NCBI GenBank assembly: GCA_963847625.1
Contig: CAWKAR010000063.1
Coordinates: forward strand, 1 to 64,000
From: a candidate division FCPU426 bacterium
GTDB lineage: Bacteria; Oederibacteriota; Muellerivitia; Muellerivitales; Muellerivitaceae
Reading direction: 5' to 3'
DNA length: 64,000 bases
The first letter of the stretch is position 1. Each line of letters begins with the position of its first letter. Both the position numbers and the translations under genes were made by a program. The notes below the pieces were generated by a model. It searched no databases, was not told where the DNA came from, and saw only the letters and a list, made by a program, of their open reading frames with translations. Of the stretch, positions 27,124-36,580 are shown piece after piece.

Positions 27124-28272
27124 ATGCGACTTATTAGGGGCGCTTTTCTTTTATTCCTCTGGTTGGCGGTAGATGCGATCACAACCCCCTGCTTCGCGGC
27201 CAATTCTGTGGAATACTTCAACACTGGATTAGCTCTTTATAAGCAGGGAAATTACACGCAGGCGATCCAGTACTTCAACGCGGCCGTGTCCCTGGATCCC
27301 ACCCTTTGGCAGGCTTATCAGGGATTGGCCCAATCCGAAAAGGCCCTTGGGAAAAATGCGGAAGCCTTGGACGCCTGTGAGAAAAGCCTGGAACTCCACC
27401 CGGACAACCCCTTCCTGGTCAGGATGGACAATGAGTTAAAACCTTTGGTGAACGGCCCCCTTCAAATCCCCCTGGCCATTCCCACCATCGGGGGAAAGGT
27501 CCAAGCGGCGGGACCGGAAATGGCACCCTCTTTATGGTTCAAGGGTTCCTTCCTATATGGTTATTCGGCGGATAGCGACCTGAACAGCGCTGTGGACGGC
27601 TGGAAACACGCCCTTCCGGAATTCGGCGGTCACCAATTTAAAAGTTCCGCCGGGACAATGGGTATCGGATTTCAATTGGAGATGGGACATCCCATAGACC
27701 CGGAAAACGCATTTTCATTGGGCTTATTGAATATCTACCGGCCTGGCTTCGCCGGTAACGCCACCGGCGTGAATCCCGACACCGGTCTGCCTTTTACCTT
27801 AACCGAAAGCATCCAGCCAACCATCTATGCGATGGAATTCGGTTATTCCCATTTTTGGCCCGGCCGCAACAACCGATACTTCGTCAAATGCGGAATTGGA
27901 TATTATTACGCTTCAGTAGATCTCAATGTATTGCCGTCCGCTTCTGCTCCCGCTACTTTCTTTACTAGACCCTCCGGAATCCTCGGAAACGGCGATTTTG
28001 GGGTGTTTCTCGGCGGGGGTTATGAATTGAAGATTTCCAATTCTTGGGGCCTGGAAATTTCCGGTTTGGCGCGTTACGCATCCATCACTGATATCGTTGC
28101 TACCCGCAACGAAAACTATAACAAAATACTTTATGGGTTGGCACTCGACCCCTTGGGTTTCGTCTGGGCTATTCCTGCCTCCCAGATCGGGCAGAACGGT
28201 TACCGATTCGCGACGATCGATTTGACGGGTTTTGAGATCCATTTGGGCTTGGTCTATTACTTATTCGATTGA
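27124..28272 (+). CDS. TPR repeat + outer-membrane beta-barrel protein
   Basis: Signal peptide from MRLIRG; TPR (YFNTGLALYKQGNYTQAIQYF); alternating beta strands and aromatic C-terminus. Confidence 0.75.
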   Translation: MRLIRGAFLLFLWLAVDAITTPCFAANSVEYFNTGLALYKQGNYTQAIQYFNAAVSLDPTLWQAYQGLAQSEKALGKNAEALDACEKSLELHPDNPFLVRMDNELKPLVNGPLQIPLAIPTIGGKVQAAGPEMAPSLWFKGSFLYGYSADSDLNSAVDGWKHALPEFGGHQFKSSAGTMGIGFQLEMGHPIDPENAFSLGLLNIYRPGFAGNATGVNPDTGLPFTLTESIQPTIYAMEFGYSHFWPGRNNRYFVKCGIGYYYASVDLNVLPSASAPATFFTRPSGILGNGDFGVFLGGGYELKISNSWGLEISGLARYASITDIVATRNENYNKILYGLALDPLGFVWAIPASQIGQNGYRFATIDLTGFEIHLGLVYYLFD

Positions 28273-28380
28273 AAAACGAACCATATTTGTGAATGGTTTT
28301 ATTGGCCGGCCGATGTTCATGAAACCATAGGTTGATTTTCTCGTGAAAATAAGAAGGTATACGGTTGTATTCTTTTTTTC

Positions 28381-28409
28381 TTGACGTATCACCCACAGCC
28401 CTTTAGGAT
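28381..28409 (+). promoter_or_regulatory. Putative sigma70 promoter of recA
   Basis: TTGACG-N17-TAGGAT. Confidence 0.5.
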
Positions 28410-28547
28410 AATCGTAATTCCATAAGGAATAGGTGTTATCCAATAAAAACAATTCCTCATATAAAAACAAGCCGGTAGGCCCAACGTCCGCGGGTTGGCC
28501 GGTGTGCCGGTAGGTCCACTCGGGGAAGACAAAAAAAGGAGACTGAT

Positions 28548-29627
28548 ATGGCGATGGATAAACAGAAGGAAAAAGCTTTGGATGTGGCGATCCTGCAGAT
28601 CAAGAAGGACCATGGCGAAGGTGCCATCATGCGGCTGGGCGAATCCAAGGTGCAGGATGTGAAGAGCATATCCACCGGCTCTATCGGGTTGGATATCGCC
28701 ACCGGCATCGGAGGCGTGCCACGGGGCCGGATCGTGGAGATATTCGGGCCGGAGTCCTCCGGAAAAACCACCCTCACCCTGCACATTGTCGCCGAGGCCC
28801 AAAAGGCCGGCGGTACAGCCGTCTTCATCGACGCCGAACACGCCATGGATCCGGCTTACGCCAAGAAGCTCGGCGTGAACGTGGAGGAGCTCCTAATTTC
28901 ACAGCCCGATTCCGCGGAAGAAGCCCTGCAGATCGCCGACACGCTCATCCGCTCGGGCGCCATCGACGTGGTGGTCGTGGACTCGGTCGCGGCACTGGCT
29001 CCCCGGGCAGAACTGGAAGGGGAAATGGGCGACGCCCATGTGGGCCTTCAGGCTCGCTTGATGAGCCAGGCCCTGCGCAAGCTCACGGCTCTCCTTTCCA
29101 AGTCCAACACCTGCGCCATCTTCATCAACCAGATCCGAGAGAAGATTGGGGTCATGTTCGGAAACCCCGAGACGACACCCGGGGGAAGAGCCCTGAAGTT
29201 CTACGCCTCCATGAGGCTGGATGTGCGACGGGTGGAAAGCATCAAGGTTGGGGACTTGAACATCGGCAACCGGGTGAAGACGAAGGTGGTCAAGAACAAG
29301 ACCGCCCAGCCGTTCAAGGAAGGATTCTTCGACATTATCTTCGGGGAGGGCATTTCCAAGGAAGGCTCCCTGCTGGACACAGGCGTGGATCTGGGTATTG
29401 TTGACAAGAGCGGAACCTGGCTTTCCTTCGGTGAGACGAGGATCGGTCAGGGACGCGAGGGAGCCAAGGCGTTTCTCAAGGAGCACCCGGAGGTTTACGC
29501 CCAGATCGAGAGGAAGATCAAGGAAAAGGCGGGGTTGATTCCTGGCCCTGCGACCCCGGTAAAGGCCGACCCTAAGGCTGAAGTGAAGAAAGAACCGGAA
29601 AAACCGAAGGTGGCCTTGAAGAAATAA
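28548..29627 (+). CDS. recA: Recombinase RecA
   Basis: [36 protein letters not shown]. Confidence 0.99.
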   Translation: MAMDKQKEKALDVAILQIKKDHGEGAIMRLGESKVQDVKSISTGSIGLDIATGIGGVPRGRIVEIFGPESSGKTTLTLHIVAEAQKAGGTAVFIDAEHAMDPAYAKKLGVNVEELLISQPDSAEEALQIADTLIRSGAIDVVVVDSVAALAPRAELEGEMGDAHVGLQARLMSQALRKLTALLSKSNTCAIFINQIREKIGVMFGNPETTPGGRALKFYASMRLDVRRVESIKVGDLNIGNRVKTKVVKNKTAQPFKEGFFDIIFGEGISKEGSLLDTGVDLGIVDKSGTWLSFGETRIGQGREGAKAFLKEHPEVYAQIERKIKEKAGLIPGPATPVKADPKAEVKKEPEKPKVALKK

Positions 29628-29652
29628 CGTCGAAAGAAATCAAAAAGTATGG

Positions 29653-29683
29653 AAAAAGGGAACGAAAAAAACGTTCCCTTTTT
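29653..29683 (+). terminator. Rho-independent terminator
   Basis: AAAAAGGGAACG-loop-CGTTCCCTTTTT. Confidence 0.75.
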
Positions 29684-29835
29684 ATTTTTCCCCTGCTTTA
29701 AACGTTTTGCTTTGAGAATCACTTATTTAACAAAACCGCGTTTATCTGCGTTTTAAATATTTCATCCGCATAACTGTTACCAAAAACGCTTCTATTGAAT
29801 ACAATATGGAGCATTCCTTTCGGAGGTTGCGACAA

Positions 29836-32178
29836 ATGGAGACACAAAAGAAACCCATGAATAAGTTCCTGAGTTTCATTCTGGTGACCGCATGCGTCGT
29901 GGCCGGACTTTTCGTCGTCCTATTGGGCCTAGCGGCCATCATTATCCCCGCGAAATACCCCCCGGCAAAAATAAAAGCCATGGCTGTGGATTATTTATCG
30001 AAAACCCTCCAAAGGAATGTTTCCATTGAAGACGCCCATTTCAACATCTTTAGCGGATTCAGCATCAAGAACTTGAAAATAGACAACCGGCCAGGCTGGT
30101 TGACCGGCAATATGTTCTCGGTTGCTGATATCGCCATTTCCTACCACCTTTTTCCATTGCTCTGGGGCCAGGTCTCCCTGGGCGAGGTTCGGGTGAACCA
30201 GCCCCAAATCCTGGTGGAACGCAGGGGCCTGAACAGCTTTAACTTCAGCGATATGATGGGGGGGGCCTCGGGAGCCGTGTCCGCCCCCGCTGCTTCACCT
30301 GCTTCCAAATCCAAGGCGGCCATAAAAACCAAGGGCAAGGTAAAAGGCGTTAAAAAACGGAAGTCCCACGCGGCCCTCCCGGCCCTGGTGGGCAACCAAA
30401 CCGCCGAATTCTACTTCGTGCCGGCGGCTTGGGCCGATACCACCGCATCCTCGGGGAAGAGTTCCATGCCCTCCCTCTCGTTTTCGGTGGACAGCGTCAA
30501 CATCATCCACGGGAAAATGCTCTACCTGGATGAATCCGTCGGGGCCTCCCAGCAATACGACCTCAAGGACTTGAATCTCAACGTTAAGAATATCTCCACG
30601 ATCGGCGGAAAGACGAGCTTAACCCTCAGCACGCCACTGGACTACAACAAAATGGTTTACCAACTGTCAATGAAAGCATCCTTTAGGTATTACCTTGCCA
30701 GCCAGTCCTTGAAAGAATTGAAACTGGATGGACAGGTGAACGACTTGGGTTTTGGACTGAGCGGTTCGGCCGAGGACATGACGGGCAACCTCACCCCCAA
30801 CATGGATGGCAACGCCAGCTTGGACATGCTCAAGTTTTCCGGATTGGTTCCGAAGAACCTTTCCGCGATGCCTCAGGGGCTTTCTCTGACCGGCCCGGCG
30901 AAGGTGAATTTCCACCTGGGCGGGAATAAGAAGAAGGGACTGGAATTGTCCGGAACAGCCGATGGGTCGGAATTAGCCATTCAATACAAGGACCTCTTCA
31001 TCAAGAAGGCCAATGCCACATGCAAGATTGATTTTAAAAGCATTATGGGCGATAACTTTTACGAACTGCCTTCCTTCACTGTGACTTACCAGGATTGGAC
31101 CTTGGAAGGTTCCTTCCGCTATGAGAACGGTTCTTCCTATACTTGCAAGCTCAATTCCAAGGCACTTCCGTTGAAGGGCATTTCGGACATGGTGCCCCGG
31201 TTGAAGAAAGCCACCTTTGACGGGGAGACATCCCTGAACGTTACTCTTTCCCAGAATCTCAACAAGGCAAAATCCTTCCGGGCGAACGGCCAGGTGAATA
31301 TCAAGGACGTGGGTATCACCTTGCCCAACGAGCCTTACTTGCAAAAACTAAACGCCGTCATCCACTTTGACAATACCTTGGTGCAGATACCTTCGGCCAC
31401 GTTCCAATCTTTTGACGGTTCCGGCGCCATAGGTGTGACAGTCAACCTGGCGACGGCTGCCTATCTCTACTCACTCAATTTGAAGGGGGTGAATGCGCAA
31501 AAAGCGATCAATACCAGCGTGGACGTCTATGTGACAGTGGATCCCCAGGCAGACAAGGATAAACTCTACGGCACGATGAATTTGGCGTACAAGGGAAGCG
31601 GCAAGGGATTCACAGCGGCTGAAGCGATCGCCAGTCAGCTGGGTTCCGGAAATTATTCCATGGAGAATGCCAAGGTGAAAGGTTACGCCGCGATCTCGGC
31701 CATCAATAAATATTTCAAGGCGAGCAGCGATGAAATCGACTTCGACCAAATGGTCGGTACTTTAGGAATGAAGAATAAGGTGTTTTCCTATACTGGAAAT
31801 CTCACGGGAAAAGTGGGAGTGGTGAGGGTAGTCGGCGGGGTTAATGTCGCGACCCTGTCCTACTCGCCCGACATGAAAATCCAGTGTGATCTAAAAAAAG
31901 ATTTCTTGAATTCGGACGCTCTTCTCGCGGGTCTTCCCGGCGAGGTCAAAAGATACGTGAAAAACGTGGATTGGTTGGCTGATGATAATGGTAATATACC
32001 GGTCGATATCAAGATGACTGGGTTGGTTACGGCTAAAAATTGGTCCTACGATTGGACCAGACTTAAAAACAATCTTCTGAAAAAAGCCGGCAATGAGGCC
32101 AAGAAAGCGGTCCAAAACGCCGCCCAAAATGGAGTAAAGAATCTGGGTAACTCGTTGAAAGGCCTATTTGGCCATTAA
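29836..32178 (+). CDS. AsmA family protein
   Basis: N-terminal TM; ISYHLFPLLWGQV..V.VNQPQILVER...FNFSD; beta-rich repeats; start after GGAGG. Confidence 0.85.
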   Translation: METQKKPMNKFLSFILVTACVVAGLFVVLLGLAAIIIPAKYPPAKIKAMAVDYLSKTLQRNVSIEDAHFNIFSGFSIKNLKIDNRPGWLTGNMFSVADIAISYHLFPLLWGQVSLGEVRVNQPQILVERRGLNSFNFSDMMGGASGAVSAPAASPASKSKAAIKTKGKVKGVKKRKSHAALPALVGNQTAEFYFVPAAWADTTASSGKSSMPSLSFSVDSVNIIHGKMLYLDESVGASQQYDLKDLNLNVKNISTIGGKTSLTLSTPLDYNKMVYQLSMKASFRYYLASQSLKELKLDGQVNDLGFGLSGSAEDMTGNLTPNMDGNASLDMLKFSGLVPKNLSAMPQGLSLTGPAKVNFHLGGNKKKGLELSGTADGSELAIQYKDLFIKKANATCKIDFKSIMGDNFYELPSFTVTYQDWTLEGSFRYENGSSYTCKLNSKALPLKGISDMVPRLKKATFDGETSLNVTLSQNLNKAKSFRANGQVNIKDVGITLPNEPYLQKLNAVIHFDNTLVQIPSATFQSFDGSGAIGVTVNLATAAYLYSLNLKGVNAQKAINTSVDVYVTVDPQADKDKLYGTMNLAYKGSGKGFTAAEAIASQLGSGNYSMENAKVKGYAAISAINKYFKASSDEIDFDQMVGTLGMKNKVFSYTGNLTGKVGVVRVVGGVNVATLSYSPDMKIQCDLKKDFLNSDALLAGLPGEVKRYVKNVDWLADDNGNIPVDIKMTGLVTAKNWSYDWTRLKNNLLKKAGNEAKKAVQNAAQNGVKNLGNSLKGLFGH

Positions 32179-32200
32179 GCTTTCTAGCCGTAAAGCACTT

Positions 32201-32232
32201 AAGAGCGGGGTCTTTCGCCCCGCTCTTTTTTT
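32201..32232 (+). terminator. Rho-independent terminator
   Basis: AAGAGCGGGG-tctttcg-CCCCGCTCTT followed by a T run. Confidence 0.88.
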
Positions 32233-32377
32233 ATTCTTTCTGTTTTACTGAAAAAGTCCCTAAAACGGACTTTTTAATTTAACGACATTTGTTGAAACCC
32301 CACGATTCCCGCGGAATCTTTGGGGCCGCAGGCTGCTTTGTGAGCCTATTCTTTACAGCAGCCTGCCAAGGAAACCC

Positions 32378-33639
32378 ATGGATTTGTTTTTTTCCTATAT
32401 TTACAAGTTCTTGGCTAGGTTTCTGGGGGTCCGGCGGCAATTACCCTCCAACGCCAAGACCCTTATCTGGATGATTGGCCTTTACGATTTTACCTTCGCC
32501 CTGTCATCTGTCTTCATCAATGTCTTCCTTTTCCGGCGGCATGACGCTTGGAACGTGGTTCTTCCCTTCAATTTGATCCAATTTGTTTTTGTACCGGTCG
32601 GTTTTTGGGTGGGAGGGATCCTTTCCCCCCGGTTTGGCCACCGGATTTCTTATCAATTGGGGTTTATTTTTCAAGGCTTATTGTTCCTATCCGTCCTGCT
32701 TTTGAGGGAATCGGCCCCGGCCTATGGGAATGGGCTCGGGGTCCTGAGCGGTTTGGCCATCGGTTTTTATTACTTAGGGCAGCACGCATTGACCTTGGAC
32801 CTGACGGATTCCAAGGACCGGGATTATTTTTTTCCCTTTACCTGCTCTTGAGTTCCATCTTGAAAATTCCGGCTCCGACCTTAGCGGGTTGGGTCATTGC
32901 ATCCTTCAGCACGGGCCAGGGTGAATCCGGTGGATCCTTGACGGGCTACTACCTGATTTTCGGTTTCACCCTGCTCATTTACCTGGGGTTGATCCTCCAG
33001 AGTTTCCGGCTACATGTTCCCCATAAGACAGCTGATTACAACGTCCGAAAAATCCTCCGCCTGCCCTGGAGGGATGATTGGAAGGGGCTTTTGACGGCTT
33101 GGTTCTTCTCGGGAATCCGGGGGGGAGTTTTTTGGTTCGTCACCAGCTTGTTCGTCTATAAGGCCTGGAGAAACGAGCTGGCGGTGGGGAACTACAATAC
33201 CCTGGCCACTTTCCTAGCGGTGGTGACGGCCTATGCCTTGTCCCGGTGGGAAGGCTACCAGAACCGTCGCGGGGGAATGGCTCTTTCCTCAGTCCTGATC
33301 GTCCTATCCACCCTGGTTTTGGCTTTCAGCCTGGGGCCCATGGCGCTTTTGCTTTTCGTGATTCTATACGCGATTGGTATGACCTGGTTTCAGGTGGGCT
33401 TCAGCGCCATTTCTTTCGATGTAATCGAAAAAGCGCCGGAATCCCCCAAGCGGAAGCTGGAATATTTGACCCTTCGTGAGATACCATTGGCCATCGGGCG
33501 GATTTTGGGTTTATCCCTTTTCTGGTTCGGGCAGTCCTGGTTCGGGGAAACAGGCCTCCGGGTCGCACTGGTAGTTTTGGGGTTGACCCAATGGGGCACT
33601 TACGCTTTTTCCTTTCCCAAGAACCGGGAAAAAAAATAA
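32378..33639 (+). CDS. MFS transporter (YqgE-like); frameshift at T7 run 32827-32833
   Basis: ALSSVFINVFL, RDYF, REIPLAIGR; two hydrophobic ORFs joined by adding one T. Confidence 0.8.
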
Positions 33640-33661
33640 CCTAAGAATTGAACGGAGAGCA

Positions 33662-34330
33662 ATGATCTACGCCATTGGCGACATCCACGGTTGTTTGGCG
33701 GCCTTGAAGGATTTATTGGCCCGGTTGCCCTTGAAACCAGAGGATGAACTGGTTTTCCTGGGGGACTACATCGACCGGGGGCCCGACAGCAAGGGGGTGG
33801 TGGAGTACCTTTTGAAGAACAAAAAGCCCAATTGGAAGTTTCTCAAGGGGAACCATGAGCAAATGCTATTGGAATGGCTGGGATCCCCCAGCAACATGAC
33901 TTCCGCCAACTGGCTTTTGAACGGCGGGTACCAGACCCTTCAATCCTACGTACCAGCCCAGAAAATGGACGAGTTGCGCGGGGAAGGGGCCCACATGATT
34001 CTCCAATCCCACATCCCGACAGCCCACGTCGAATTTTTCAACTCACTATTACTCACCTATGAGACGCCGGAATATTATTTTTGCCACGCCGGCGTCAACC
34101 TGGACAGACCCCTGGGGGCCCAGGACCAGGACGACCTGCTTTGGATCCGCCGCAAATTCATCGAGGATCCCCGTCCCACGCCCAAGTTGGTCGTCTACGG
34201 CCATTCGCCCATTGAAAACGTGGACTTGAGCCGCGACCGAATCAATATCGACACCGGCTGTGTTTACGGAGGAACCTTGACTGCGCTGTTCCTCCCGGAC
34301 AAGAAGTTGTACCAGGCAAAACAGCCGTAG
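33662..34330 (+). CDS. Calcineurin-like metallophosphoesterase (Ser/Thr phosphatase family)
   Basis: GDIHG, GDYIDRG, GNHE, HAG, GHSP, IDTGC. Confidence 0.95.
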   Translation: MIYAIGDIHGCLAALKDLLARLPLKPEDELVFLGDYIDRGPDSKGVVEYLLKNKKPNWKFLKGNHEQMLLEWLGSPSNMTSANWLLNGGYQTLQSYVPAQKMDELRGEGAHMILQSHIPTAHVEFFNSLLLTYETPEYYFCHAGVNLDRPLGAQDQDDLLWIRRKFIEDPRPTPKLVVYGHSPIENVDLSRDRINIDTGCVYGGTLTALFLPDKKLYQAKQP

Positions 34331-34734
34331 GTATTTTCCACTGCGAGGGAAGAAGAAACTTCCACTTAACTTGCCAGTTTTTCCTTCATTCATCCTTTTC
34401 CATTCAATGCCTCACAATTAGCCCTAATTACGAAATCACGGTTTGTTTGATTTAACCCAACTAAGGGAACGGTTTTGGGATAGGCCAAATGTGAATGGGG
34501 TGGAGCAGGTTTCACGGGTATTAAGCGGAATTATTGGAATTAAAATGTCATTTGTAGTGGTGGATAACTGGTGGATGGTTTGTGAAGAGTATTGTCGTTG
34601 GGAAAACATTTTACGTGTACGGGCCATGATCATAAATTTTTTTTAATGATTTAGTATAAAAATTGTCGCATGTCCGTGTGAGCCAGAGGTAAAATATAAA
34701 CGTAGACAACACTTACTCCAAAGCTTTCTGCCAC

Positions 34735-34750
34735 CGTGAGTGCACTCACG
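34735..34750. promoter_or_regulatory. Perfect palindrome CGTGAGTGCACTCACG (GTGA-N6-TCAC, CRP/FNR-like spacing)
   Basis: Conserved at the same position upstream of the second HPr copy. Confidence 0.65.
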
Positions 34751-34832
34751 AAACCCTAAATTTATCCGTCCTTAACTGCTTTACATCTTGCCCACAATCC
34801 GTCGTTCTTCATTGCCTCATGAGGAGAAGTCC

Positions 34833-35105
34833 GTGGAAATTACTGAGAAGATGAAAATCACCAACCGTTTGGGACTTCATTTGAGGGCGGCCGCTGAATT
34901 CGTGAGGATTTCATCCAAATTCAAGTGTTGGATCCTAGTTAAAAATCATCACCGCACCGCTGACGGCAAAAGCCTGATCAACCTGATGACATTGGCGTCA
35001 CCCTTCGGTTCGGAACTCACCATAACTTTCCGGGGCGAGGACGCCTGGGACGCCCGTTCGGCAATTCGTGACTTGGTTTTGAATAAATTCGGGGATGAGA
35101 TTTAA
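34833..35105 (+). CDS. ptsH: HPr-family phosphocarrier protein (copy 1)
   Basis: NRLGLHLRAAA (His15 motif) and DGKSLINLMTL (Ser46 motif); GTG start after GAGGAG. Confidence 0.9.
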   Translation: MEITEKMKITNRLGLHLRAAAEFVRISSKFKCWILVKNHHRTADGKSLINLMTLASPFGSELTITFRGEDAWDARSAIRDLVLNKFGDEI

Positions 35106-35145
35106 TTTTCCCCGTTTCAAAAACGGATGAATCGTGGAGCAAACC

Positions 35146-35328
35146 ATGAAGGAATCCAATATCCTGGAACAGTTTTTCGAGGAACAGCATCGCAAGTGGA
35201 AAAAGAATATTCCTCAATTTATTCGCAAGGAAATAAACCTCCATTCGGAACCGGTTCGGCCTTTAAAACAAAGGAACCAGAGCGAACCGGTTGCTTCCCA
35301 TTCATCCCACGAGGATAAAAAAAAGTAG
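35146..35328 (+). CDS. Small hypothetical protein (LEQFFEEQH.KWKK), copy 1
   Basis: RBS GGAG; homologous to 53175..53378. Confidence 0.7.
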   Translation: MKESNILEQFFEEQHRKWKKNIPQFIRKEINLHSEPVRPLKQRNQSEPVASHSSHEDKKK

Positions 35329-35406
35329 ACCCTTTAGGGTTTCGAACTCCTGGAGCCGCCTGCTGTTAATAGGGTGAGGTATACTCATTCATAAAGGGAA
35401 ATTCAT

Positions 35407-35781
35407 ATGACACCGGTAAAGAAAAAACCGAGCCAGGAAAAGCGGCTTCATCCAAGGTTTTCGATCGAAATACCCGTTGAGTTCCGTGTGTTGGATGATC
35501 AAAAGGAAATCGATAGCTTTTTGGAGTGGATGGAAAAAGAAAAAAAAGGAAAAACTCAAGATGTTAGCCTGGGCGGCATGCAAATCGTGGCAAGCCATCC
35601 GCTGAAGAAAGGTGCCATCCTTCAAATCGATTTGATCATCCCGCCCCATAAGGAAAAACTGGTGACTTACGCGGAAGTGATTTGGCCCGGCGAATACGGC
35701 GGTGGTTTGAAGTTTCTGATGATGGCGGATGACGTCAAAAAGAACTTGAAGTCTTTCCTGGAAAAACAATTATCTCCCTAG
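35407..35781 (+). CDS. PilZ domain protein
   Basis: KRLHPR and DVSLGG motifs; paralog of 14776..15144. Confidence 0.9.
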   Translation: MTPVKKKPSQEKRLHPRFSIEIPVEFRVLDDQKEIDSFLEWMEKEKKGKTQDVSLGGMQIVASHPLKKGAILQIDLIIPPHKEKLVTYAEVIWPGEYGGGLKFLMMADDVKKNLKSFLEKQLSP

Positions 35782-35822
35782 AACAGTCAATTGACAGCTT
35801 CCTAAGTAATAAGCTATTGGCT

Positions 35823-36512
35823 TCAAACGTTTCGCGGTTTCTCGGATTTTCGGTAAGTTTTTTCGAATCTCGAGTTCGCCTGGCGAAGGGCCATTTCGGC
35901 ATGAATGCCCTTGGACTGGGCCAGCCGGACGAGTTCAAGCAGGAATTTCCCGGCGGTTTTTTCACGAGCCCCCTTTTTCCCGCTTTTCAAACTCTTCCGG
36001 AACTCCTTCCAAGCCACATCCAATTTTTCCCAGCCGGTCCTACGAGGCCCTGGGGTCCCACGCTGGGCGATTTTCTCGTGCATGCGCTGGGCCCGAAGGA
36101 GGGCGGGAAGGGCCTTGGGAAGGCCGTCAAAGGCGGATTTCCGCTGGGGTTTTTCCCACCGCTTGATTTCCTCCCACCTGCGGTTGATGTGCTCAATTCG
36201 GCGGCTGGAATTGCCAAACACATGGGGGTGCCGCCGGACCAGTTTGTCCCCGATGGTTTTGGCCACGTCCTGGAGATTGAACTTCCCCCTTTCCCTGGCG
36301 ATTTGGGCGTGAAAGACCACCTGCAGGAGCAGGTCGCCCAATTCCTCCCTTAAATGGCCTGAATCGCCGTTATCGATGGCCTCCAGCGTCTCGTGAGCCT
36401 CCTCTAGAAGGTAGGGCCTCAGGCTTTTGTGGGTTTGCCTTTTATCCCAAGGACAGCCCTTTTTTGCCCGCAATCTTGACATGATTTTTTCGAGGCGTTT
36501 CACAAAATCCAT
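35823..36512 (-). CDS. mazG: MazG family nucleoside triphosphate pyrophosphohydrolase
   Basis: GCPWD..QTH.SL..YLLEE, EELGDLLLQVVFH, KLVRRHPHVF. Confidence 0.92.
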   Translation of the reverse strand: MDFVKRLEKIMSRLRAKKGCPWDKRQTHKSLRPYLLEEAHETLEAIDNGDSGHLREELGDLLLQVVFHAQIARERGKFNLQDVAKTIGDKLVRRHPHVFGNSSRRIEHINRRWEEIKRWEKPQRKSAFDGLPKALPALLRAQRMHEKIAQRGTPGPRRTGWEKLDVAWKEFRKSLKSGKKGAREKTAGKFLLELVRLAQSKGIHAEMALRQANSRFEKTYRKSEKPRNV

Positions 36513-36580
36513 GTTGTCTCCAGTGGTTTTGGAATTTAACATGGGTGGCGGTTGTTTCCAACCCAATTAAGAGGGTTTTC

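Noticed and set aside
28270..28545. LexA box upstream of recA
   Set aside because: No convincing CTGT-N8-ACAG or GAAC-N4-GTTC match seen.
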